This document shows, piece after piece, positions 38,124 through 46,847 of a stretch of 64,000 bases of DNA. Where the stretch lies: contig CAKPHZ010000002.1 of NCBI GenBank assembly GCA_934162265.1, forward strand, positions 6,703-70,702. Reading direction: 5' to 3'. Below the pieces are notes generated by a model that worked only from the letters and a program-made list of their open reading frames with translations, was not told where the DNA came from and did no database searches. The translations under genes and the position numbers were made by a program. The DNA comes from an uncultured Bacilli bacterium. GTDB lineage: Bacteria; Bacillota_I; Bacilli_A; RF39; UBA660. Numbering within the stretch: the first letter of the stretch is position 1; the number at the start of each line of letters is the position of its first letter.

Positions 38124-38249
38124 ATGAATAGAGAAGATTTATGGAATTTATTTAAGATGACTGGGAAAATTGAATATTATTTAAAGTATAAGAAAGACAA
38201 AGAAAGTAGGACTTGCCATGATAAGAAAAGTAACGGGGATAGTGATTAG
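38124..38249 (+). CDS. yqzL: YqzL-like small protein (41 aa); not in the ORF track
   Basis: MNREDLWNLFKMTGKIEYYLKYKKDKE.. fits the YqzL pattern W..F..TG.I..YL.YK. It sits in the conserved position between era and recO, with GGTGA 7 nt upstream. The 3' end overlaps the recO start in another frame. Confidence 0.55.
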   Translation: MNREDLWNLFKMTGKIEYYLKYKKDKESRTCHDKKSNGDSD

Positions 38250-38967
38250 TACAGTAGACTACAAAGAAAGTAGTAAGATTGTTAATATTTTTACAGAAGA
38301 TGAGGGAATTATTGGGGTTCTTTCTAAAGGATGTAAGACAATGAAAAGCAAACTTCGAGCAGTATCTACACCGCTATCTCAAGGGACTTTTTATTTAAGA
38401 CAGTATGGATCAGGAATGTCATTACTAACAGAAGTCGATTTAGAAATCTCTTATAAAGAAATACGAAAAGATATTTTTAAACAAAATTATGCTTTATTTT
38501 TATTAGACCTTGCTAGTCAAGTTTATCGTCATGGTAAGCAAAAGCAAATTTATTCTTTATTAATTTCTGCTTTAGCAAAGATTGAGGAAGGCTATGATGC
38601 TGAAGTCATTACTGATATTGTAGAATTACAGTTACTTAAGTATCTTGGTATTCAGCCAGAACTTTCTTGCTGTGTTAGTTGTGGTAATAAGGAAGATATT
38701 ATTACGATTTCTAGTTATAAGGGAGGTTATCTTTGTAAGAGATGTGTTGGTAGGGAATTTGTTTATTCTTTAAAGATGATGAAATTAATTAGAATGTTAT
38801 CTTTAGTAGATTTGGATAAGATTAAACGGATTGATATTCGGGATGAAGTAAAGAAAGAAATATCTATTTTTATCGATGACTACTATGATCGTTATGCTGG
38901 TCTTTATTTGAAGAGTAAAGAATTTTTAAAAAATTATTCCAAATTGATGGAAGTCACTGACTTATAA
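38218..38967 (+). CDS. recO: DNA repair protein RecO
   Basis: 249 aa with an OB-fold N-terminus and zinc motif CVSCG...CKRC. It sits in the conserved position after era. Confidence 0.85.
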   Translation: MIRKVTGIVISTVDYKESSKIVNIFTEDEGIIGVLSKGCKTMKSKLRAVSTPLSQGTFYLRQYGSGMSLLTEVDLEISYKEIRKDIFKQNYALFLLDLASQVYRHGKQKQIYSLLISALAKIEEGYDAEVITDIVELQLLKYLGIQPELSCCVSCGNKEDIITISSYKGGYLCKRCVGREFVYSLKMMKLIRMLSLVDLDKIKRIDIRDEVKKEISIFIDDYYDRYAGLYLKSKEFLKNYSKLMEVTDL

Positions 38968-39001
38968 TACTTATATAGAATAAAACTGTATAAGTATTTT
39001 T
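38966..39001 (+). terminator. intrinsic terminator of recO
   Basis: 10-bp arms AATACTTATA/TATAAGTATT followed by a T-run. Confidence 0.6.
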
Positions 39002-39062
39002 AAATGCATTAAAGTTTAAAAGTTATCAAGCATTAAAAAAAATTGGATTTGTTTCTCAATTG

Positions 39063-39091
39063 TTGACAAATAGCAGAAGTAGGTATACAAT
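39063..39091 (+). promoter_or_regulatory. near-consensus sigma-A promoter
   Basis: TTGACA, a 17-nt spacer, then TACAAT, about 20 nt upstream of the 39112 ORF and its AGAGGGGG RBS. Confidence 0.6.
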
Positions 39092-39111
39092 AAGCGAATA
39101 AGAGGGGGATT

Positions 39112-39717
39112 ATGATGTTAACAAATGATGAGATTTTTTTAGATTATTTAATTGCAAATGGCTTTCAACCACAAAATTATAAAAATATTTTGGAACTTAT
39201 TCAATCTGTTCCTAATTCGATTTCTAAATATTTAAAAGATTATCGACAATTTTTATTATCAGGAAAAATAGATTATTCAGAGTTAGTATCTTATCAAATA
39301 AAAGGAGCCAATGGTTATCTTAATAAAAGAGGAAGAATAGTTGTTCCAACTTCTGAAGCAGGAGATGAATATTTTAAGAATTTGGCAAAAAAATTAAAAA
39401 TTCGTAGTAATCAAAAAATTCCTTATTTTTATCCCATTATCAGTGAGTTTGATGCATTAATTGCTTATTATGATCTAACACTAGATCAACAAGTTATCGT
39501 TGACCAAATTGTAAACGCCAGTATTCCTTTAATAGAAAATAATTATATTGGTTTTATTGCTGATACAAAAGATCAAGACCAAATTACTAAAACTATAGCT
39601 ATTTTCTCTATATTATTAGAAGTAATTAAATCTAATTCTAGGCAAGACTATACAATGATTCATGATACAGTAAGTAACCAGGGAAAAGAATTATACTTAA
39701 TTAAAAAAAGTAGATAA
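39112..39717 (+). CDS. hypothetical protein (201 aa)
   Basis: The ORF has a strong RBS and its own promoter. No recognisable family. Confidence 0.6.
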   Translation: MMLTNDEIFLDYLIANGFQPQNYKNILELIQSVPNSISKYLKDYRQFLLSGKIDYSELVSYQIKGANGYLNKRGRIVVPTSEAGDEYFKNLAKKLKIRSNQKIPYFYPIISEFDALIAYYDLTLDQQVIVDQIVNASIPLIENNYIGFIADTKDQDQITKTIAIFSILLEVIKSNSRQDYTMIHDTVSNQGKELYLIKKSR

Positions 39718-39832
39718 AAAAGACCAAATGCTAAATTAAACAAGAAAAAAGAATATTGTTTATATATAATTTACTTCCTTGAAATATTTCATAGAGTAAT
39801 ATAAAATGGAAATATGGAAAGGAAGATAAAAA

Positions 39833-40396
39833 ATGCAATATAATTATCCAATAAAATATTCAATAATGCCAATTTGTGCATACGTTGGAGAGAATTTAAG
39901 TAACAATCACACATTAAATATTTATAATTCCATTGTAAGGTATGGATATAAACATTTAGAAGTTATTGGCTATGTTGTTTCTAAATGTTATATCCTTAGT
40001 GAGATTAATTCTTTTTTATCAGATGGAACAACAAATACCTCTTATAGAGTAGTTTTTCCTTATCAAAAAGTTAATGATAAAGGAAGAGAAGCTTATCGTA
40101 AAGTAGAACCTACAAGATATAATGCACAAATAGGAGAGATATACGATACTGTAGAAGAAGCAGTTTTAGCTAAAAATGAATTAAACCAAATCATTTTATC
40201 AGAAGAATTATCAAGAATTCCAAGAAATAAAAACTACCAAAAAAATATTGAATTCATTCAAGAAGCATTTTCAGAAAGGATAGAGAAACTTAATAAATTA
40301 GAAGTAGAAATTGAAGCAAATACCAAAGAAATGATTGTATCTGAAAATCAAGGACAAGATTTATCGATATTTCAAAAAAAATTGAAAAAGCAATAA
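39833..40396 (+). CDS. hypothetical protein (187 aa) with a C-terminal coiled coil
   Basis: The ORF has a GGAAAGGAAG RBS. The segment YRVVFPYQ..GREAYRK...IGEIYDTVEEAVLAKNELN is faintly AP2-like (three strands plus a helix), which is a very weak hint. Confidence 0.55.
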   Translation: MQYNYPIKYSIMPICAYVGENLSNNHTLNIYNSIVRYGYKHLEVIGYVVSKCYILSEINSFLSDGTTNTSYRVVFPYQKVNDKGREAYRKVEPTRYNAQIGEIYDTVEEAVLAKNELNQIILSEELSRIPRNKNYQKNIEFIQEAFSERIEKLNKLEVEIEANTKEMIVSENQGQDLSIFQKKLKKQ

Positions 40397-40408
40397 TTTT
40401 GTAGTAGA

Positions 40409-41299
40409 ATGAATTCAGAAAGGATGAGTAAGATGAAAAGTAAAGTATATTTTATGAAAGAAATCACTTCAGATAATCTAGTAAAAATATATCATGCATT
40501 AAACAAAGAATTACCAGGAAAAGTAGCAATTAAGGTTCATTCAGGAGAAGCTGGTAACCAAAATTATCTACGGCCTGAATTTCTACAACAAATCGTAAAT
40601 GAAGTAAAAGGGACAATTGTAGAATGCAATACTGCTTATGATGGAGCAAGAAATACAACAGAAAAACATCTTCAATTGATGAAAGAACACGAATGGAACA
40701 AATACTTTAAAGTAGATATTTTAGATAGCGAAGGTCCTGATATGGAACTAGATATTCCAAGTGGAAAAGTAATAAAAAAAGATTATGTAGGAAAAAATAT
40801 AAAAAATTATGATTCATGTTTAGTATTATCTCACTTTAAGGGACATCCTATGGGAGGATATGGAGGAGCATTAAAACAATTATCCATTGGCTTCGCCTCT
40901 TCTTATGGAAAAGCTTACATCCATGGTGCTGGAAAACCAGAAGAAAAGTGGACTGCTGATCATGATAAATTTTTGGAATCAATGGCAGATGCGGCTTCTT
41001 CAGTACATCAATATTTTAAAGGAAATATTTGTTATATTAATATTATGTGTAATATGTCAGTAGATTGCGACTGTTGTGCTGTTGCAGAAGATCCTTGTAT
41101 GGAAGATATTGGCATCTTAGCGTCCACTGATCCAATCGCTTTAGACCAAGCTTGTATTGATTTAGTTTATCAATCAAAAGATCCAGGAAAAGATCATCTA
41201 GTTGAGAGAATAGAATCGAGAAATGGAAGACATACTATAGATATAGCCTCTACACTAGGATTTGGATCAAAAGACTATGAACTTATTGAAATCAAATAA
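40409..41299 (+). CDS. DUF362-family protein (putative Fe-S protein)
   Basis: KVAIKVHSGEAGN..LRPEF...V and a cysteine cluster MCNMSVDCDCCA. The more likely start is the ATG at 40433, 9 nt after AAGGA. Confidence 0.5.
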   Translation: MNSERMSKMKSKVYFMKEITSDNLVKIYHALNKELPGKVAIKVHSGEAGNQNYLRPEFLQQIVNEVKGTIVECNTAYDGARNTTEKHLQLMKEHEWNKYFKVDILDSEGPDMELDIPSGKVIKKDYVGKNIKNYDSCLVLSHFKGHPMGGYGGALKQLSIGFASSYGKAYIHGAGKPEEKWTADHDKFLESMADAASSVHQYFKGNICYINIMCNMSVDCDCCAVAEDPCMEDIGILASTDPIALDQACIDLVYQSKDPGKDHLVERIESRNGRHTIDIASTLGFGSKDYELIEIK

Positions 41300-41301
41300 A
41301 T

Positions 41302-41349
41302 AAAGAGATAGTTTTCAACTTAAAGTTTAGTTGATTCAACTATCTCTTT
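41302..41349 (+). terminator. intrinsic terminator
   Basis: 12-bp arms AAAGAGATAGTT/AACTATCTCTTT followed by TCTT. Confidence 0.6.
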
Positions 41350-41402
41350 CTTGCTTTTCTACCACAAATAAGATATGCTAAACTGGTAAAGGAGAGAAAA
41401 CA

Positions 41403-43379
41403 ATGAAAAAGAAAAAAAGAATTATCTTCTTAAGTATAATATTAATTGTTTTAATTTTTACATTTACCTATGTAAATTTAGAAGAAAAAAATAAAAATAC
41501 TAAAGAAGTCAAAGTAGTAAGTAGTTTAATAGAAAAACAAGAAAAAAGAGAAAAATCATTTAAAATAAAAGGATATACCGTAGAAAATCCAAATATCATT
41601 TTAGATCCTTATCAAAATTCTCCATTAACAGCACTTGTTTTATTTGAAACCAAAAATGAAGTAGCACCTAAAGTAACCATAGAAGGAAAAGATGAATTAA
41701 GTACTTTCACTCATCAATTCAAAAAAACAAAACAACACTATCTACCAATCTATGGATTATATGCAAATAAAGAGAATAAAGTAAAAATTGAATATACAGA
41801 AAATGGTAAAAAAATTTCTCAAGAAATTAAAATAAAAACAAAAGAACTACCTAAAAATATGGTATTACCAACTTCAGTAACAGCAGATAAGGAAAACTTA
41901 ACCAATGATTTATATTTTTATACTCCATCTAGTGATGGATATACTGCAGCCTATGATGTAAATGGAGATGTTCGCTGGTACTTATCTAATAATGCTCTAT
42001 GGAAGGTAGATAAATTAAAAAATGGAAATTTATTACTGAGTACAGAAAGATTAATCAATAACCCATATTATATGACTGGTTTATATGAAATGAACATGTT
42101 AGGAAAAATTATTACTGAATATAGCTTAAAAGGTGGCTATCACCACGATTATTATGAAATGGAAAATGGAAACCTTTTAATCGCTAGTGATGATTTCTAT
42201 AATGATGATGGAACAGTAGAAGACTATATTGTTGAATTAGATAGAAAAACAGGAAAAATTGTTAACACCTTTGATTTAAAAGACATCTTAAATATGCAAG
42301 ATGGAAAAAGTGAAAACTGGACAGCGTACGATTGGTTTCATAACAATTCTGTTTGGTATGATAAGAAAACAAATTCCATTACTTTATCTGGTCGCCATCA
42401 AGATGCAGTAGTTAATATTGATTACAAAACAAAAAAATTAAATTGGATTATTGGAGATTCTACCAATTGGAGCAAAGAATATCAAAAATACTTTTTCAAA
42501 AAAGTAGGAGATACAGACTTTGAATGGCAATGGAGTCAACATGCCGCAATGATTACTCCAGAAGGATATGTTTTTATCTTTGACAATGGAAATAATAAGT
42601 CTAAAATCAAAGAAAATTATGTATCTGCTGAAAATAGTTACTCTAGAGGAGTAATGTATAAAATTGATACCAAAAAAATGACCATTGAACAAGTCTTTGA
42701 ATACGGAAAAGAACGAGGAAGTGAATTCTATTCCCCTTATATTTCTGATGTCGATTACTTAGAAAAAAATCATTACATTATTCATTCAGGAGGAATTGTC
42801 TATGTTGATGGAAAAAACTCTAACCAACCAGCAGGATTTTCCAAAGACACTACTCTTGTAAGTGATACAGTAGAATTACTTAATAATAAAGTAATTTTTG
42901 AAATAAAATTTCCAACAAATAATTATCGTGTTGAAAAAATGAGTCTATATAACAAGAATGAAGAAGTGAATTTGAACTCTCCTAAAATATTAGGAAGTCT
43001 AGGAAAAACAAAAATTGATAAAACAGAATTTAAATTACAAATGCAGGCAAACAAAAAAGATAAAAATTATCATTCCCATGAAATTAGTTTTCAAAAAGAA
43101 AAAGACCGTTTAGTATTTAAAGGAACATTTAAAAAGGGAACAGATGTTAAAGTATTATTGTACAAAAACTTAAAAGTAAATACTTATAATATTAGTATTA
43201 GTAAAAAACCTTATACTGCTCTTTGTGTAGATGTATTTACGGAAGAAGAAAATGAAAAAGGACTTACCGTAACAAGATATATTAACCAAGAAGGATTAAA
43301 AGGAACTTACTCTATTTATTTAAGTATAGATGGAAAAATATATAACACAGAAGAATATGTTAATTTTTCACAAGAATAG
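41403..43379 (+). CDS. aryl-sulfate sulfotransferase (ASST family), membrane-anchored or secreted
   Basis: N-terminal TM anchor. ASST beta-propeller strings: YDVNGDVRWY, KNGNLLLS, GGYHHDYYEMENGNLLIAS, YDWFHNNSVWYD...SGRHQDAVVNIDYKT.KLNWIIG, WSQHAAMITPEG.VFIFDNGNN. Confidence 0.8.
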   Translation: MKKKKRIIFLSIILIVLIFTFTYVNLEEKNKNTKEVKVVSSLIEKQEKREKSFKIKGYTVENPNIILDPYQNSPLTALVLFETKNEVAPKVTIEGKDELSTFTHQFKKTKQHYLPIYGLYANKENKVKIEYTENGKKISQEIKIKTKELPKNMVLPTSVTADKENLTNDLYFYTPSSDGYTAAYDVNGDVRWYLSNNALWKVDKLKNGNLLLSTERLINNPYYMTGLYEMNMLGKIITEYSLKGGYHHDYYEMENGNLLIASDDFYNDDGTVEDYIVELDRKTGKIVNTFDLKDILNMQDGKSENWTAYDWFHNNSVWYDKKTNSITLSGRHQDAVVNIDYKTKKLNWIIGDSTNWSKEYQKYFFKKVGDTDFEWQWSQHAAMITPEGYVFIFDNGNNKSKIKENYVSAENSYSRGVMYKIDTKKMTIEQVFEYGKERGSEFYSPYISDVDYLEKNHYIIHSGGIVYVDGKNSNQPAGFSKDTTLVSDTVELLNNKVIFEIKFPTNNYRVEKMSLYNKNEEVNLNSPKILGSLGKTKIDKTEFKLQMQANKKDKNYHSHEISFQKEKDRLVFKGTFKKGTDVKVLLYKNLKVNTYNISISKKPYTALCVDVFTEEENEKGLTVTRYINQEGLKGTYSIYLSIDGKIYNTEEYVNFSQE

Positions 43380-43401
43380 AAAAATACTTATTCTTTTTTT
43401 T
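43372..43401 (+). terminator. intrinsic terminator
   Basis: AAGAATA-loop-TATTCTT followed by a T-run. Confidence 0.55.
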
Positions 43402-43502
43402 CTAGGGGAAATAGCATTTTATTTTATTAAAGATATCTTGCCTTTTTCTCTTTTTTTTGATAAAATCTAAGTAGTGTAAAATAAGAATAGGGGATAGATA
43501 AT

Positions 43503-45404
43503 ATGAATAAACGATTACCAAAAAAAGTAAATAAAATAATCATTTATCTAATGGTATTATTAGTGATTACTTTAGGTGGACTTTCGCTAAAAGGAACTTA
43601 TGCTAAATTCACAAGTAATTATACTACCCCAGATGATATAGTAGGAATGAATTTATCATTTAATCTAAATATTAGCAATATTGAAGAATATGAAGAAATT
43701 CATGTTGCTCCTAATTCTTATGAAATATTTAATGTTAAAGTAACCAATGATAGTAATGCCACTGCCTATTATGGAATATGGTATAAAATGGTAAATCCTA
43801 CTTCTAAAACAAGTGATATTATTATTGCAAGAAATATAGAAAATGATACAACAACCAGTGGAAGTTTATTAGAAAATAATAACATTACAGCAACCATTAT
43901 CATCAAAAATAATACCAATAGCAGCGCTATTGTAAATATAGGTGTTGCAACTTCTGATAAAAGTACAAAAGATATTGAATATTTAAATGGAAAAGCGCTA
44001 ATTAGTGGAACAACATCAGAGGTAGATTTCTCTTATGACTCTATCAATAAAAGGTATATTAGCTATGAAGAAGGAAATAGCAACTTTACATTATCTAGTT
44101 TAATTTATTCTTATACAGGCTCATCCCAAACCTTTACAGCTGATCATACCGGAGTTTATCAAGTAGAAGCTTGGGGAGCAGAATCCATAAATCAAAAAGC
44201 AGAAAACATAAAATATGGAGAATATTCTAGAGGAAATATTGTCTTAAACAATCAAGAAAAAATTTATTTATCCATAGGAGCAAAATCGGTAGCAAACACC
44301 CAAGAAACAAATGATAGCTATCTAGGAACAAGAGCAAGTTACATCACAAAAGATGATAAAATCTCTTCCATAACCAATGAAAACTTAAATAAAATTGTAC
44401 TTTTAGCCAGTAACTCTGCTCAAACATCAAGTGATAAATTTGGCTATATTGGAAATGAATTATTACATAATAAAATAATGTATTGTTATAATTGTCAAAT
44501 TAACCAAGATAGATCTAACCTAATTTTTAATACTACAAATAAATCAAATACACCAACAACAAACTACACAAAGCAAGGAAATGGAGCAATAAAAATAACT
44601 CCAATAGCGCCAACGGTAACAATAACACAATCTATAAATCCAGGAGAACAATTAGAAAATAATCAACTTATTTGTAATGACAATGGAAGTGGCTGTGAAA
44701 TTTATAAAATTCAAGATACTACTAAACTAGATATTGGAGAACATCCCGTAAAAGTCATTTTAAAAGATTCTTTTGGTTACACCTATAAATACATGATTAA
44801 CTTAAAAGTAGGAAATAAAATTAGTCAAGAATTTAAAGTAATTTATGATACCAAAGAAATCTCTTTATATAGTGAAGATAATAATTTATTAAAATCCACC
44901 CCATTAGGAAATACAACAATAAAAAATATCGAAAGAATGGATAATTATATAGGGAAACCTACTTCAGATACTGAAAAATATTTTAAAGGTTATATTTATA
45001 AATTAAAAATAACCTTAAAAGATGAAACTACTTTACTTGAGTATGACTTTACTAAAAATACGACCAGAGATTTATCAGGAAATGGATATAATGGTATTTT
45101 ACAAAATGGAGCAAATTTAAAATATGATGGAAAAAGATATGCATTATTTTTAGATGGAGTAGATGATTATTTACAAATTCCAACCCTACCAAGTACAATA
45201 GATTTTGCTTCTGGTTACACTATAGAAATAGAAGCAAAATGGTCTGATACAAGTCGTGCAGCAAAATTAGTTACCTTAGGAAATGATACCATAAAGAATA
45301 ATATTTCAATTTATAGTACAGAAAAGAATCTAGGTGCAGAATTATTCGATAATAATAATTCTAGTAAAGTTCAATCTGAAAATTATTTAATCACAGAAGA
45401 ATAA
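43503..45404 (+). CDS. secreted protein with a SipW/TasA-type signal, a glycine-rich-domain-like core and a C-terminal LamG/concanavalin-like domain
   Basis: N-terminus K-rich plus TM plus LKGTYAKFTS, resembling the GT.A.FTD SipW-cognate signal. FTADHTGVYQVEAWGAE is the signature of glycine-rich-domain proteins. The C-terminus DLSGNGYNG.LQNGA......ALFLDGVDDYLQIP is LamG_3-like. Confidence 0.6.
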   Translation: MNKRLPKKVNKIIIYLMVLLVITLGGLSLKGTYAKFTSNYTTPDDIVGMNLSFNLNISNIEEYEEIHVAPNSYEIFNVKVTNDSNATAYYGIWYKMVNPTSKTSDIIIARNIENDTTTSGSLLENNNITATIIIKNNTNSSAIVNIGVATSDKSTKDIEYLNGKALISGTTSEVDFSYDSINKRYISYEEGNSNFTLSSLIYSYTGSSQTFTADHTGVYQVEAWGAESINQKAENIKYGEYSRGNIVLNNQEKIYLSIGAKSVANTQETNDSYLGTRASYITKDDKISSITNENLNKIVLLASNSAQTSSDKFGYIGNELLHNKIMYCYNCQINQDRSNLIFNTTNKSNTPTTNYTKQGNGAIKITPIAPTVTITQSINPGEQLENNQLICNDNGSGCEIYKIQDTTKLDIGEHPVKVILKDSFGYTYKYMINLKVGNKISQEFKVIYDTKEISLYSEDNNLLKSTPLGNTTIKNIERMDNYIGKPTSDTEKYFKGYIYKLKITLKDETTLLEYDFTKNTTRDLSGNGYNGILQNGANLKYDGKRYALFLDGVDDYLQIPTLPSTIDFASGYTIEIEAKWSDTSRAAKLVTLGNDTIKNNISIYSTEKNLGAELFDNNNSSKVQSENYLITEE

Positions 45405-45428
45405 AGAAACAAAGAAAGAAGGAAAAAG

Positions 45429-46793
45429 ATGATAAATAAATATATATTTAGAGAATATGATATTAGAGGAGTATATGGAAAAGATATTACAGAAGAGTTA
45501 GCCTATCTTTTAGGTAAAGCTTTTGGTACAAAGTTAAGAAGACTAAATAAAGATACAACTCTAGTAGGATACGATAATCGATATAGTTCTCCTAGTTTAG
45601 AAAAAGAATTAGTAAAAGGAATTCGTGAAAGCGGAGTAAATGTAGTAAGATTAGGATTAGTTACAACACCAATGTATTACTATGCATGGGATTTATTACA
45701 TATTCCGTGTGGAATGATGATTACAGCATCTCATAATCCTAAAGATGAAAATGGATTTAAATTTTCATACAACGGCATTCATAATGCCTATGGAGATAGT
45801 TCAAAAGAATTATATCAAATGATAATGGATAAAGATTTTATCACAGAAGAACAACTAGGAGAAGTAAAAGATGTAGAAATAAAAGAAGACTATATCAAAA
45901 TGATTACTTCTAATATTGATTTAGGAGAAAGAAAATTAAAAGTAATTTATGACTGTGGAAACGGAACAACTTCCATAGTAGCAGATGAAATCTTCAATAC
46001 CTTTAAAGATAAATTAGAATTAATCCCTCTATTTAATACAAGTGATTCTAATTTCCCTAACCATCATCCAGATCCAGCAGTAGAAGAAAACTTAAGTATT
46101 TTAAAAGAAAAAGTAAAAACTTTACATGCTGATGTAGGAGTTGCTTTTGATGGAGATGGAGATAGAGTAGGAATTATTGATAATAAAGGAGAATTTCTTC
46201 CTATAGATAAATTTATGATTTTAGTATGGAGATATTTAGTAACACTTCCTAACATAGAAAAGAAAACTTTTTATGATATCAAATGTTCTTTAGCCTTAAA
46301 AGAAGAACTAGATAAATTAGGTGTAGAAAATGAATTTTATCGCACAGGAAACTCTTATACCAAAGAAAAAAGTTATCAAGGAAATTATCCATTCTCTGGA
46401 GAATTATCAGGACATGTTTTCTTTAGAGATAAATTTAATGGCTACGATGATGGCATTTATGCTGGCTTGAGGTTAATTGAAATCCTATCCAAAACAGACA
46501 AAACCATAAAAGAATTATTAGAAAATATTCCTATCTATCAAAGTACCCCAGAAATCAAAGTTCAAGTTCCTGACGAAATTAAATTTAAAGTAGTAGAACA
46601 AATCAAAGAATACTGTCAAGAAAAACACTACCATATTTTACTAGTTGATGGAGTAAAAGTCTTCTTTGAAGATGGTTCAGCCTTAGTAAGAGCATCTAAC
46701 ACAGGACCAAATATTACGACTAGATTTGAAGCTAAAACAGAAGAAAAATTAAAAGCAATAGAAACAGAATTCATGAACTTAATTAATAACTAA
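45429..46793 (+). CDS. phosphomannomutase/phosphoglucomutase (alpha-D-phosphohexomutase family)
   Basis: IFREYDIRG, catalytic TASHNP, metal loop FDGDGDR, sugar loop GELSGH. Confidence 0.85.
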   Translation: MINKYIFREYDIRGVYGKDITEELAYLLGKAFGTKLRRLNKDTTLVGYDNRYSSPSLEKELVKGIRESGVNVVRLGLVTTPMYYYAWDLLHIPCGMMITASHNPKDENGFKFSYNGIHNAYGDSSKELYQMIMDKDFITEEQLGEVKDVEIKEDYIKMITSNIDLGERKLKVIYDCGNGTTSIVADEIFNTFKDKLELIPLFNTSDSNFPNHHPDPAVEENLSILKEKVKTLHADVGVAFDGDGDRVGIIDNKGEFLPIDKFMILVWRYLVTLPNIEKKTFYDIKCSLALKEELDKLGVENEFYRTGNSYTKEKSYQGNYPFSGELSGHVFFRDKFNGYDDGIYAGLRLIEILSKTDKTIKELLENIPIYQSTPEIKVQVPDEIKFKVVEQIKEYCQEKHYHILLVDGVKVFFEDGSALVRASNTGPNITTRFEAKTEEKLKAIETEFMNLINN

Positions 46794-46803
46794 CTAAAAA
46801 TGC

Positions 46804-46832
46804 TTGTTATACCAAAGAAAATATGATATAAT
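46804..46832 (+). promoter_or_regulatory. sigma-A promoter of the rimP-nusA-infB operon
   Basis: TTGTTA, a 17-nt spacer, then TATAAT. Confidence 0.55.
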
Positions 46833-46847
46833 CAATATATCTTGAAG

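Noticed and set aside
39773-39800. A dif-like site at the skew switch: ACTTCCTTGAA matches 10 of 11 positions of the left arm of the B. subtilis dif sequence as I remember it.
   Set aside because: The spacer and right arm (ATATTT CATAGAGTAAT) do not match TATATA TTATGTAAACT. An equally good half-site on the other strand (TTGTAGGAAGT, about 19754-19764) occurs where there is no skew change. A 10/11 match is expected by chance once or more in 64 kb of this composition.
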